A DNA stretch of 38,399 bases from a virus. Taxonomy: Duplodnaviria > Caudoviricetes. The DNA is taken from positions 1 to 38,399 of the IMG/VR virus record IMGVR_UViG_3300005804_000120. One strand, given 5' to 3'. A program made the position numbers and the translations under genes. This document shows positions 8,988 through 17,750 of the stretch, piece by piece (position 1 is the first letter of the stretch; each line of letters opens with the position of its first letter). The notes below the pieces were generated by a model, which did not search any database, was not told the origin of the DNA, and was given only the letters and a program-made list of their open reading frames with translations.

Positions 8988-9097
8988 ACGAGTCGGATCG
9001 GAGATTGTTGAAAGAGGCCCTTTTCTGTTTTGTCATAGGCATGGCTGCGAATATCGGCGGTCATGTGGCGCTGTATTTTTGGATTTGCAGGGGGTGA
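8984..9097 (+). CDS. small hydrophobic protein (37 aa)
   Basis: MNESDRRLLKEALFCFVIGMAANIGGHVALYFWICRG*; GGAGG RBS; ATGA overlap. Confidence 0.45.
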   Translation: MNESDRRLLKEALFCFVIGMAANIGGHVALYFWICRG

Positions 9098-9098
9098 C

Positions 9099-9194
9099 AT
9101 GGAAGACCCGAGAGAGACAGTCATATGCTGGTGCGCCGGAATCGTCCTCGTCGTCGTCATCCTGACCGTGATTCTGCAGCATCTGGGGCGATGA
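9099..9194 (+). CDS. small membrane protein (31 aa)
   Basis: MEDPRETVICWCAGIVLVVVILTVILQHLGR*; AGGGGG RBS; ATGA overlap with the next gene. Confidence 0.45.
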   Translation: MEDPRETVICWCAGIVLVVVILTVILQHLGR

Positions 9195-9367
9195 CGGCGG
9201 AGGAATGGGCGGTCTACGAGGAGCGCGCCGCGCTGATGGAGTACCTGGGCGGATTGCCCAGGGCCGAGGCGGAGCGGCGGGCGAGGAAGATTGCCGAGGG
9301 GCGGGGTGGAGCGGCCGAGCAGGTTGAGATGTTTGGGGAGACGAGGCAAAAAGGGGGCAACAGATGA
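9191..9367 (+). CDS. small phage protein with EERAA-x-ME-xx-GGLPRAEAE motif
   Basis: ATG at 9191; motif recurs in phage and plasmid proteins. Confidence 0.6.
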   Translation: MTAEEWAVYEERAALMEYLGGLPRAEAERRARKIAEGRGGAAEQVEMFGETRQKGGNR

Positions 9368-9585
9368 AAGCGACTATGATAATCACAGATAAACCAAGCG
9401 GAGAAATCAGTGTTAATGTGGAGTTTGACCCGCCGCTCACTGTTGACGCTCCGAATTCCAGTGCGGTGCGGGCTACTCTGATAGCTTTGGACGCAATTAA
9501 GAAACATGCATCTCCCCACAAAAGGGAAATATGCTGCTTAGAAGAAGGTGAAGAGTGTTGCGATTGTGGGGCGTGTCCAGGGTGA
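9364..9585 (+). CDS. hypothetical protein with Cys-rich C-terminus
   Basis: 73 aa; visibly lower GC; ends immediately before an attC-like site. Confidence 0.55.
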   Translation: MKATMIITDKPSGEISVNVEFDPPLTVDAPNSSAVRATLIALDAIKKHASPHKREICCLEEGEECCDCGACPG

Positions 9586-9641
9586 ATTTAACGGCTGAGG
9601 GTCACGGGAGTCTTTTTTTCCCGTGCATCCCTTGGTTATGG
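9586..9641. other. attC-like recombination site 1
   Basis: ATTTAAC...CACGGGA-loop-TCCCGTG...GTTATGG; 56-bp imperfect palindrome with AAC/GTT core ends. Confidence 0.6.
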
Positions 9642-9657
9642 TGTCGGAGGGGAAATC

Positions 9658-10443
9658 ATGAATTTAGCACCGCTCTTAGAAAAGGAACTGCTTGAAGGTC
9701 GATTCTGGACGCACAGCAAGACGCTGGTGGAAGGATGCACAAAGGTTTCTCCTGGCTGCATCAACTGCTGGTCTGAAGCAATGGCGATGAGGTTCAATGG
9801 TGGCAAAGCTTTTGACGGCACGGTTACTGAGCGACCGGAACGCCTGCTTGAAATCATGCCGAAAACATTCGGCAGCAAGCGCAAGCCTCGTGTTTGGACG
9901 TACTGGAATGACCTGTTTCACCCCATCGTGTCGGACAAACTGCGGGACGGGTTACATCGGTTGATAGGCCACGGCCCGGACTTCCACATTATCTGCACGA
10001 AGCGACCCGAAGAGGTTGTGAAGTATTGGCAAAGGCCGCATGGGGCAGGACCACTGCCGATCCGCAAAGAGAAGTTGATTTATCTGGTCACGATGGAAGA
10101 TCGGGAGCGGGTAACAGAGCGCCTGCCGCACGTCAACAAGCTACTGCATGACGGGTGGAAAGTTGGGGCGCTGATTGAACCGATGCTGGAGCCGATTGAC
10201 CTGGAAAATACCTGTGTGAAATGCGGCCATTACTCAGATGCGGAATGCCCGTCAACCTCTGGTCATTGTGTCATGCGTCCGTCGCTATCGTGGATCGTCT
10301 GCGGCCCGGAGAACGGCAAGGGGAAACGCCCCTTTGATGGACAATGGGCAATGAGACTGCAAGCACAGGCGAAAGCGGCAGGCATCCCATTTTTCTACAA
10401 GGCTGGCTTGCTCAACGGAAAGCGGTACATCGAGACACCATAA
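9658..10443 (+). CDS. DUF5131 / phage Gp37-Gp68 family protein (radical-SAM-like Cys motif)
   Basis: GCTKVSPGCINCWSE, DLFH, TKRPE, EPMLEPIDL, WIVCGPENG and IPFFYK motifs. Confidence 0.85.
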   Translation: MNLAPLLEKELLEGRFWTHSKTLVEGCTKVSPGCINCWSEAMAMRFNGGKAFDGTVTERPERLLEIMPKTFGSKRKPRVWTYWNDLFHPIVSDKLRDGLHRLIGHGPDFHIICTKRPEEVVKYWQRPHGAGPLPIRKEKLIYLVTMEDRERVTERLPHVNKLLHDGWKVGALIEPMLEPIDLENTCVKCGHYSDAECPSTSGHCVMRPSLSWIVCGPENGKGKRPFDGQWAMRLQAQAKAAGIPFFYKAGLLNGKRYIETP

Positions 10444-10487
10444 CGGCCCGCCGCTGAGCGGCTTGTCCGCTCCTGCGGCTGTTATCA
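10438..10487. other. attC-like recombination site 2
   Basis: CCATAAC...GAGCGG-CTTGT-CCGCTC...GTTATCA; the DUF5131 stop codon lies inside CCATAAC. Confidence 0.55.
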
Positions 10488-10506
10488 ATAATCAAATGAG
10501 GATTGA

Positions 10507-11289
10507 ATGAACCTGCACTGCCCCATCTGCCACGCACAATTTCCCATCGAGGCCCTGACCCAGGACGAGGCGGCGCGCGAGCTGCTCGGCATGCGCGCCT
10601 CGATGCTGCCGTCTCTCCTCCCCTATCTGACCCTGTTCCGCTCGCCGAAACGCGCCCTGGCGTTCGACCGGGCGCTGAAGCTGGCAAAGGAAGTCATGGC
10701 CCTGGACGCCGAGCCCGCACGCCTGGAGACGGCCCTGGCCGAAACGGTGGAGTCGATGCGGCAGAAGCGGGAGGCTGGGCAGCTGAAGCCGCTGAAGAAC
10801 CACAATTACCTCAAGCGGGTGCTGGAAAATACGACCACCCCCGCCCTTACGGGCTCCCCCTCCTTATCAAGGAGGGGGCCGGGGGGTGGTGACGAGCCGG
10901 TGAGCAAGCGCGCCGCCGCCGTGTGGGCGCTGGAGGCCTGGGCCGGTGATGACTGGCTCTGCCGGGAGATCGCCGCCGGGCTGCAGGCGCTGGTGGCACA
11001 AAGCCTGAAGTTTGCCCCCGGGGCGGACCTGATCGCCATGAATGCCGACGTGTGGTTCGTATCGTTGAAAAAAATCTGCACCATCGAGGAGGTGGACGCG
11101 CCACGGATCCGCGCTGGGTTCGAGAAGCTGTTCGGCCAGGTCCAGGAATGGCCCGCTCCCAAGCAATTGCTGGAGCTGATGCCGGCCCGGCCGGCGCGGG
11201 TGTCGCTGCCGGTACCGGAGCCGACCGAGGCGGACCGGGAGAAGGGACGCGAAGTGCTGCGGAACCTTCGGGAGAAAATGAGCATATGA
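10507..11289 (+). CDS. conserved Mu-like phage protein (N-terminal CPxC)
   Basis: MNLHCPICHAQF...YLTLFRSPKRAL...PLKNHNYLKRV...EWPAPKQLLELMP; precedes mor. Confidence 0.7.
   Translation: MNLHCPICHAQFPIEALTQDEAARELLGMRASMLPSLLPYLTLFRSPKRALAFDRALKLAKEVMALDAEPARLETALAETVESMRQKREAGQLKPLKNHNYLKRVLENTTTPALTGSPSLSRRGPGGGDEPVSKRAAAVWALEAWAGDDWLCREIAAGLQALVAQSLKFAPGADLIAMNADVWFVSLKKICTIEEVDAPRIRAGFEKLFGQVQEWPAPKQLLELMPARPARVSLPVPEPTEADREKGREVLRNLREKMSI
10834..10890. repeat. 57-bp palindromic element, copy B (in-frame in CDS)
   Basis: Inverted copy of 8559-8615; translated as TTPALTGSPSLSRRGPGGG. Confidence 0.8.
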
Positions 11290-11585
11290 AATACCTGGAG
11301 TACCTTGACTTGGAAAAACTCCCAGGCTTTTACCAGATGGTGATTGAAACCATCGGCCTGGAAAATACCATCAAGCTCGCGGGTAAATGCAAGGGCAAGC
11401 CCATCTATTTGATGGACCCCGACAGGTTGCTGATGCCCGCGAAACGGGCCTACATTATGAAAAATTTCACCGGCGGCAATCATTACCAGATGGCCTTTGA
11501 CACGAATCTGTCTCTTTCTGAGGTGTACAAAATACTATCCCAAGCCAGGGAAAAGTCTAAACAAGGCGAACTGTTTGGCTCTTGA
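11286..11585 (+). CDS. mor: Mor/C family transcription activator
   Basis: IGLENTIKLAGKCKGKPIYL...FTGGNHYQMAFDTNLSLSEVYKIL; last gene before the lysis/late operon. Confidence 0.85.
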   Translation: MKYLEYLDLEKLPGFYQMVIETIGLENTIKLAGKCKGKPIYLMDPDRLLMPAKRAYIMKNFTGGNHYQMAFDTNLSLSEVYKILSQAREKSKQGELFGS

Positions 11586-11621
11586 CACAGTTTAGCCGCA
11601 GGAGTATTGATAGCCGCAGAA

Positions 11622-11669
11622 GCAGAGGGGGAGAAAGGGTTATAGCCTTTCTCCCCCTCTGCATTTCTT
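11622..11669 (+). terminator. intrinsic terminator-like hairpin
   Basis: Perfect 17-bp stem GCAGAGGGGGAGAAAGG/CCTTTCTCCCCCTCTGC, 7-nt loop, followed by ATTTCTT. Confidence 0.7.
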
Positions 11670-11902
11670 CAACCATCGACCGACCCATTCTTTACAAGCT
11701 CCGCTATAGTCCATCCTGCTGAAGCCATACTCACCTCTTGGCGGGCTCCGGCCCGCCGCCTTTTCATCCATGAATACCAAGGGCGCCCACGACCCCAGTC
11801 TCCGTGATCCTGGGCAGACGCCATAATTGAAGAAGCCGGGAATTCCGGCGCCGAGGACGGGGGGCGGAAATCGATCCGCCCCCCACGATACCAGGAGCAA
11901 TT

Positions 11903-12496
11903 ATGTCCCGCAGCATCGCCGATACCTTCCGTCGCATCATCATCGCCAACGAGCTGGGCGGCAACGAGGACCTGGCCCTCCGCTTCTCCGACCCGGACGG
12001 CGAGCGCACCGGCAAATCGGGCTGGTCGTTCGGTGTCTGCCAGTTCGACATCGCCAACAATCCCTTGGCCGCCAAGTGTTTGCTGGATTGCGGCTTCACC
12101 CTGGCTGAGGTGGACGCCCTCCGTGCCCAGAACATCGACGTGGCCCCGTTGAATGCTCGCCTGCGGGAATATCAGCACGCCCTGACGATCTGCGAATACG
12201 ACGAACGTCAGCTCACCGGATGCCTGCAGAAGGCTTCCCGCCTACTGGAAAAACACGGCATCGGATTCGACGGGGTAGCCCTCCTGGCCGTGGCCGACTA
12301 TGACAACCAGTACTACCTGTCAGACATCAACAGGCCGGGATACCTCATTCACTACCTGGCCCAACTCGGCCGCCAGGCCACCGCCCGGGATGTGCTCACC
12401 TTCAAGCTGAAACACACGGCCTGGGGCAAGAAACGGCCCGACGACTGTCGCCGGCGGTATGACAACATCCTCAGCATCTGCACGGAGGCACCATGA
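11903..12496 (+). CDS. putative endolysin (lysozyme-like)
   Basis: First late gene; IANE...GKSGWSFGVCQFD fits a lysozyme-like catalytic layout; AGGAG RBS. Confidence 0.6.
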   Translation: MSRSIADTFRRIIIANELGGNEDLALRFSDPDGERTGKSGWSFGVCQFDIANNPLAAKCLLDCGFTLAEVDALRAQNIDVAPLNARLREYQHALTICEYDERQLTGCLQKASRLLEKHGIGFDGVALLAVADYDNQYYLSDINRPGYLIHYLAQLGRQATARDVLTFKLKHTAWGKKRPDDCRRRYDNILSICTEAP

Positions 12497-12846
12497 AAAA
12501 CTGGCTCATCGGCAAACTGCTCGGCTTTATCGCCCGTAAGCTCGACGGCTGCAAGACCAAGATCGGCGGCGGCAGTTTCATTTTGATGGGTGTGACCGGC
12601 CTTATAGGGGAAATGTTTCCCGACCAGGGCCTGCCCAGGCCGGGCATTGAAACGTCCATCGGCTACATCACCGGCGGTTTCACGATCCTTGGTGTAGGCC
12701 ACAAAATCGAGAAGGCACGGACCGAGATAGCCCGGACCGCTCCCGTCCCGGCTGTGCCCGAAGAGACCGAAGCGCCAGCGCAGGAACCGCCCGTCCCCCT
12801 GGAGCCGCACAGATGGGACGGCCGCACTCCCGGCCAGTTTCCGTGA
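12493..12846 (+). CDS. putative holin / membrane lysis protein
   Basis: LDGCKTKIGG followed by two hydrophobic segments; GVGHKIEK; next to the endolysin. Confidence 0.5.
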   Translation: MKNWLIGKLLGFIARKLDGCKTKIGGGSFILMGVTGLIGEMFPDQGLPRPGIETSIGYITGGFTILGVGHKIEKARTEIARTAPVPAVPEETEAPAQEPPVPLEPHRWDGRTPGQFP

Positions 12847-12936
12847 GATTCGAATTCTCCAAAACCTTCCGCTGCGACTGGGACATGGCCCTGGTCGCGT
12901 GGTTCAAACGGCTGTTCAGCAAAAAGGAGTCTGACT

Positions 12937-13218
12937 ATGTGGGAGAAAATCAAGTTTCTAGCGTCGAGCCTGTGGGATTTCTTCCGGCCGATGATCCGGC
13001 AGTTTCTGACCATGATCGGCCCGCTGTTGGCCACCGCGGCCCAGGCCGCCGTTGCTGCAGCAGCTGCAAAAGCTATCAGTTCCACGGAGAAAAAGGACTT
13101 CGCCTATAAGCAGATTGTCCTGGCGATGGAGATGCAGGGCATGGAGCTGGGCAAAGACTTCACTGGCCGCATGGTGAACGCCGCCATCGAGGCCGCGGTC
13201 GCCGGGCTCTCGGATTAG
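12937..13218 (+). CDS. LL-H-type holin-like protein
   Basis: EKKDFAYKQI...MVNAAIEAAV resembles the LL-H holin family; AAGGAG RBS. Confidence 0.45.
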   Translation: MWEKIKFLASSLWDFFRPMIRQFLTMIGPLLATAAQAAVAAAAAKAISSTEKKDFAYKQIVLAMEMQGMELGKDFTGRMVNAAIEAAVAGLSD

Positions 13219-13228
13219 GGGGTAATTG

Positions 13229-13567
13229 ATGACTCCTCAGGACGTCGCCGCCCTCACCGCCCTGGTCGCCATATTCCGGGAGATTGGAACATGGCCGCTC
13301 GTCACCGTCTTCGTCCTGGTAGTGGTTGGCCCCTGGGTCGGGATGTTCGTCATTTCCCGGGCACAGGAGAAGCGACACGCCGCGGTGGTCGGCATGTACG
13401 AGCACAACATCGAACTGGTGAAGAATTACGAGCACGTGACCGGCGACCTGAAGGACCTGCTGGTTCTCTCTACCCAGACCATGACCGGCGTGAAGTTCGC
13501 CGTGGACAACAATCTGTTCTGCCCGCTGATGCGCAAGGACCCGAAGGTGGAAAGGCAAACCTCATGA
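13229..13567 (+). CDS. membrane protein (lysis/late region)
   Basis: TM segment WPLVTVFVLVVVGPWVGMFVI. Confidence 0.6.
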   Translation: MTPQDVAALTALVAIFREIGTWPLVTVFVLVVVGPWVGMFVISRAQEKRHAAVVGMYEHNIELVKNYEHVTGDLKDLLVLSTQTMTGVKFAVDNNLFCPLMRKDPKVERQTS

Positions 13568-13812
13568 TGAACCTGGAACGGGCCGCCATGCGCGGCAAAC
13601 TGGCCGAGCTGCAGGAAGCAGCCAAGCGGTTGCGGCTGAAAATCGAGGGGGACGCCACGGCGATCCGTCAGGGGCTCAACACCGCTTTGACGCCGGTGGA
13701 CGACCTGGAGGTGCCCCAGTTGGCCCAGCAGATGGACAGCCTGGTCATGGCCTGGGCCGAGTTGCAGAAGGTGGGTTCGGACATTGCCCGGCTGGAGCGG
13801 GAGCTGCGATGA
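13564..13812 (+). CDS. coiled-coil hypothetical protein
   Basis: ATG at 13564 (ATGA overlap); MMNLERAAMRGKLAELQ... Confidence 0.6.
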   Translation: MMNLERAAMRGKLAELQEAAKRLRLKIEGDATAIRQGLNTALTPVDDLEVPQLAQQMDSLVMAWAELQKVGSDIARLERELR

Positions 13813-13970
13813 ACTGCGGAAACTGCAGATACTACCAGCCGGATTACGGCATGTGGTGCATGAACGGCTGGACCGGCGACGGTAGCAATGGCAGGTGTCT
13901 GCTGGAACCGCAAGCGGAGATGGTTCACCGTGAGCGACCGGCCTGCCGGCACTGGAAGGGTAAAGACTGA
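13809..13970 (+). CDS. small Cys-rich protein (53 aa)
   Basis: MNCGNCRYYQ...GRC...PACRHWKGKD*; overlaps both neighbours exactly (ATGA, TGATG). Confidence 0.55.
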   Translation: MNCGNCRYYQPDYGMWCMNGWTGDGSNGRCLLEPQAEMVHRERPACRHWKGKD

Positions 13971-14461
13971 TGGCGGTCAAGGGTGACAGGGCTCGGCTGG
14001 AGCCGGTGGCGCGCATGCTCTACGTGGAGCAGGGCAAGGGCCTGTCCGAGATCGAGGAGATGCTCGGCGTGTCCCGGCAGACCCTGTCCGAGTGGAAGGC
14101 CCGCTCCAGGAACTACGGCGAGGAGCTGGACGAGTGGGACAAAGCCAGGGCCGCCAAGGAGGGGTACGAGGCAAAGCTGCTCCTGGTGCGCGATACCCTG
14201 ATGATGGAGATCGAGGCCAAGCCGCTGCAGGCCAGCGCCCACCTGGACGCCCTTTCCAAGATCGAGGCCATCCTGGACAAGCGGGCGCGCATCGCCCGCG
14301 AGGCGGCGGAGACGATAGCCCGACAGAAGGGGGAGACGTTCCTGGCTGTCATCAAGGACATCATCGAGTACAGCCGGGCCAATGCCCCGGAGTTGTTCTC
14401 CTCCCTCGAGGAACATTTCGACGACCTGGTGCAGTATGGCCGGGAAAGGTATGCAGCGTAA
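13970..14461 (+). CDS. terminase small subunit-like HTH protein (DUF1804-like)
   Basis: ARMLYVEQGKGLSEIEEMLGVSRQTLSEWK...WDKAR; immediately upstream of TerL. Confidence 0.75.
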   Translation: MAVKGDRARLEPVARMLYVEQGKGLSEIEEMLGVSRQTLSEWKARSRNYGEELDEWDKARAAKEGYEAKLLLVRDTLMMEIEAKPLQASAHLDALSKIEAILDKRARIAREAAETIARQKGETFLAVIKDIIEYSRANAPELFSSLEEHFDDLVQYGRERYAA

Positions 14462-16156
14462 ATGGCGATATCGCTGAGCCAGGCAAAAAAGCGCATGTGG
14501 GACAAGGAGGTTGAGGCGATCCGCCTGCAGATCCAGGCGGCCGCCAAGCCCTTCCCTGACGACAAGCGCGCGCAGAAGGAGCGCAAGGCCAAGGCGGAAA
14601 AGGATATGGCCTTCTTCGGCCGGACCTACTTCCCCCACTACTTTTCCAAGCCGGCCAGCGCCCTGCACCGCTACTTCGCCGAGCGGTACCCGGCCATGAT
14701 AGAGCGGGCCATCGAGACCGGCGAGGGGGACAAGGAAGCGGACGCCGCCCCCCGCGGCAACGCGAAATCCACCTGGACCACGTTTCTGCTGCCCGCGTGG
14801 GTGGCTGCCTATCGCAAGCGCCGCTACCCGCTCATCGTGTCCGAGACCCGCGGCCAGGCCGAGGCGTTCCTTTCCTTTATCAAGCTGGAGCTGGAGACCA
14901 ACGAGCGTCTGCGCCAGGACTTTCCGGAGCTGGTGGGCGAAGGGCCGGTATGGCGCAGCGACCAGATCATCACCAGGAACGGGGTGAAGATCCAGGCAGC
15001 CGGCGCCGAGCAGAAGCTCAGGGGTCTGCGCCATGGCAGCTTCAGACCCGACCTGGTCATCGGCGACGACCTGGAAAACGACGAGTCGGTGGAGAGTCCT
15101 GACCAGCGCAAGAAGCTGGAGAACTGGTTCTTTAAGGCGCTGATGAAGATAGGCCAGCCCGACACGGTGTACATTGTGGTCGGCACCATCCTTCACCACG
15201 AGAGCCTGCTGCAGAAGCTCCTGGACAAGCCCGGCTGGAAGGGGCGCAAGTTCAAGGCGGTCATCAGGTGGTCGATCTCGAGGCGATGGGAAGAGTGGGA
15301 GCGGATCTTCGCCGACATTTCCATCGGCAAGGAGCTGGCCGAGGCGGCCGCGGACAACTATTTCGAGCATCACCGGGAAGAGATGCTGGCCGGGACCGAG
15401 GTCCTGTGGCCGGAGATGGAGCCGTATTACTACCTGATGAAGATGCGGGTATCGGACGGCCCGGCCTACTTCGACAGCGAGAAGCAGAACGAACCGCTCA
15501 ACCCGGAGGACCAGGTGTTTTTCGAGGAGTGGTTCCAGGACTGGGAAGAGGGAGACGTGGACCTCTCCGGGGTGCCTCACGCCGGGTCGTGCGACCCGTC
15601 GCTGGGCAAGAGGAACAAGAGGAACGACCCATCCGCCATCCTGGGCGGCCGCATGAAGGATCGGATTCTGTACCTGGATATCGCCGACATCGAGAAGCGC
15701 CAGCCGGACCGCATCTTGGACGATATCCTGACCTATCACCAGCGGGATCCGTTCGACAAGTTTCGGATGGAGACAGTCCAGTTCCAGGAATTCTTCAGCC
15801 GCACCCTGGAGAAGGTCTCGCACGACCGGGGGCTCACGCTCAACATCGACGAGTTCACCCCCAACACGGACAAAGACCTGCGCATCATCCGCCTGCAGCC
15901 CTGGATCAAGAACGGCTGGATCAGGTTCAAGGCGGAACACCGGGAGCTGAAACGGCAGCTACTCTACTACCGGCCCAAGGGGCGCGGCGGGCATGACGAC
16001 GGGCCGGACGGCCTGGAGGAATTACTGGGGCTGTGTGAAGGGGCGTTGATAACGGCCGCCGTGGCCCCGCCCCGGGACGAGACCGAGAAAACCAATTACC
16101 ACGCCGAGCGCCCCAGGGGGTTGTTCGGCAGGATGTTCGGCCGCAGGGCGGCATAG
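14462..16156 (+). CDS. terL: terminase large subunit
   Basis: APRGNAKST Walker A, RPDLVIGDDLE Walker B, GTILH, DPSLG and HDDGPD nuclease motifs. Confidence 0.92.
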   Translation: MAISLSQAKKRMWDKEVEAIRLQIQAAAKPFPDDKRAQKERKAKAEKDMAFFGRTYFPHYFSKPASALHRYFAERYPAMIERAIETGEGDKEADAAPRGNAKSTWTTFLLPAWVAAYRKRRYPLIVSETRGQAEAFLSFIKLELETNERLRQDFPELVGEGPVWRSDQIITRNGVKIQAAGAEQKLRGLRHGSFRPDLVIGDDLENDESVESPDQRKKLENWFFKALMKIGQPDTVYIVVGTILHHESLLQKLLDKPGWKGRKFKAVIRWSISRRWEEWERIFADISIGKELAEAAADNYFEHHREEMLAGTEVLWPEMEPYYYLMKMRVSDGPAYFDSEKQNEPLNPEDQVFFEEWFQDWEEGDVDLSGVPHAGSCDPSLGKRNKRNDPSAILGGRMKDRILYLDIADIEKRQPDRILDDILTYHQRDPFDKFRMETVQFQEFFSRTLEKVSHDRGLTLNIDEFTPNTDKDLRIIRLQPWIKNGWIRFKAEHRELKRQLLYYRPKGRGGHDDGPDGLEELLGLCEGALITAAVAPPRDETEKTNYHAERPRGLFGRMFGRRAA

Positions 16157-16163
16157 GAGAACC

Positions 16164-17597
16164 ATGGGCATCAAATCCTTATTGATAGAAAAGATCCTCG
16201 GTCCGGAGATCGAGCGTCGCGTTTCCGACCGGCTCCAGGCCGCGGTTGCCGACAACCTGGCCGAGGTGGGGTGGCGGCGGCTGACCGGCGTACCGACCCG
16301 GGAGTTGCCGACCGTCACCCAGGAGCGGGCCATCGAGATCGCCTATTGGCTCTGGAAGACCAACCCCCTGGCCAAGTGGATCATCGAGATCACCACCGCC
16401 TTCGTCTGCGCCGAGGGCACCCCCTACACCTGCAAGAACGAGGATGCCAAGAAGATCCTCGATGATTTCTGGTTCGACCCGGTCAACCGGATGGACCTGC
16501 ACTGGGAAAACTTCGTTCGCGAGCTGGGCATCTACGGTGAGCAGTGCTGGCCGGTGTTCGTGGCCGAGCAGACCGGCCGGGTGCGCTGCGGTTACGTGGA
16601 TCCCGCGCTCATCGACCAGGTCATCCCGGATCCGGAGAACGTCAAGGTCAAGATAGGTGTCATCCTCAAGGGACGCGACGGCCGGCCCGGCAAGAAGTAC
16701 CGCATCGTTTTGGACGGCGACGTGCGGGATTTCCTCTCACCGGATGCCCAGGTCCTGGTGGAGACGTTCACGGACGGGCTGTGCTTCTACTTCAACATCA
16801 ACGCCCTGACCAACGAGATGCGCGGTTCCGGCGACCTGTTCACCGTGGCGGACCACCTGGACGCCTACGAGCAGTTCCTGTTCGACTCGGCCGAGAAGTA
16901 CGCCCAGTACAACGCTTTCTTTTACGACATCACCGTCAAAGGCGCCGACGAGAAGAAACTCCAGGAAGAGCGCGCCAGGTACCAGCCGCCGAAGACCGGC
17001 GAGGCGTTCATCCACAATGACATGGTGGAGTCCAAGCCCATATCCCCGAGCCTCAACGCTTACGAGTCCACGAATGCCGCCCGGTTGCACCGCAATCACA
17101 TCTTGGGCGCGGTGGGGATCCCCGAGCACTGGTACGGCGGCGGCGGCGACGTGAACCGGGCCACGGCCAGCGAGATGGACGCGCCGAGCCGCAAGCTCCT
17201 GACCAACCGCCAGGAACGGACCAAGAACATGATGGAGGTGGTCCTGGACTTCGTCATCCAGTCGGCTCTGGACGCTGGCTATCTGAGGGTGCCGGAGGAA
17301 GAGGCATTCGATTACGAGGTCCAGACCCCGGAGATTTCAGCCAAGGACGTGGCCAAGCTGGCCCAGATGCTTACCTCGGTCACCGCCGCCCTTTCCACGG
17401 CCCAGGCGAACAACTGGATGGACGAGAAAACTGCCAAGCAGGCGTTCGCCTATTTCATCGCCAGCCTGGGATACGAATACGACCCGGACGACCAGGAAGA
17501 GACCGAGCCCGGGTATGAGGATTATCTTAAACCGGGGACCAGGGATAAGGGGTCGGGGGCGAAATCCAACCCCCAGCCTCCAGCTCCTAACCCCTGA
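16164..17597 (+). CDS. portal protein
   Basis: 477 aa after TerL; NPLAKWII, RGSGDL and GIPEHWYGGGGDVNRATA motifs. Confidence 0.85.
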   Translation: MGIKSLLIEKILGPEIERRVSDRLQAAVADNLAEVGWRRLTGVPTRELPTVTQERAIEIAYWLWKTNPLAKWIIEITTAFVCAEGTPYTCKNEDAKKILDDFWFDPVNRMDLHWENFVRELGIYGEQCWPVFVAEQTGRVRCGYVDPALIDQVIPDPENVKVKIGVILKGRDGRPGKKYRIVLDGDVRDFLSPDAQVLVETFTDGLCFYFNINALTNEMRGSGDLFTVADHLDAYEQFLFDSAEKYAQYNAFFYDITVKGADEKKLQEERARYQPPKTGEAFIHNDMVESKPISPSLNAYESTNAARLHRNHILGAVGIPEHWYGGGGDVNRATASEMDAPSRKLLTNRQERTKNMMEVVLDFVIQSALDAGYLRVPEEEAFDYEVQTPEISAKDVAKLAQMLTSVTAALSTAQANNWMDEKTAKQAFAYFIASLGYEYDPDDQEETEPGYEDYLKPGTRDKGSGAKSNPQPPAPNP

Positions 17598-17750
17598 TTT
17601 ACGAAAAACGCGAAATTTGCCCCGTGAGCGGCCGGGGGCTGAAAAGGCTACCGTACCCCTCGAAATTGTTGACTTGAGATTTTGACACTATTGGCGGCCC
17701 TCGTGCGGGGTCGAATGAAGCCGGAAACGGAAAAACCGGGAGTCGATTTT

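Noticed and set aside
9364-9585. Upstream low-GC gene as a complete second cassette
   Set aside because: It ends at attC-like site 1, but no complementary GTTAAAT was found at its 5' boundary
12813-13109. Overlapping ORF as a possible spanin
   Set aside because: No signal peptide or lipobox; overlaps the better-supported 12937-13218 gene
13925-15940. 671-aa minus-strand ORF (similarly 4813-6195, 25094-26056, 30368-31510, 36393-37400)
   Set aside because: Antisense shadows of well-supported plus-strand genes
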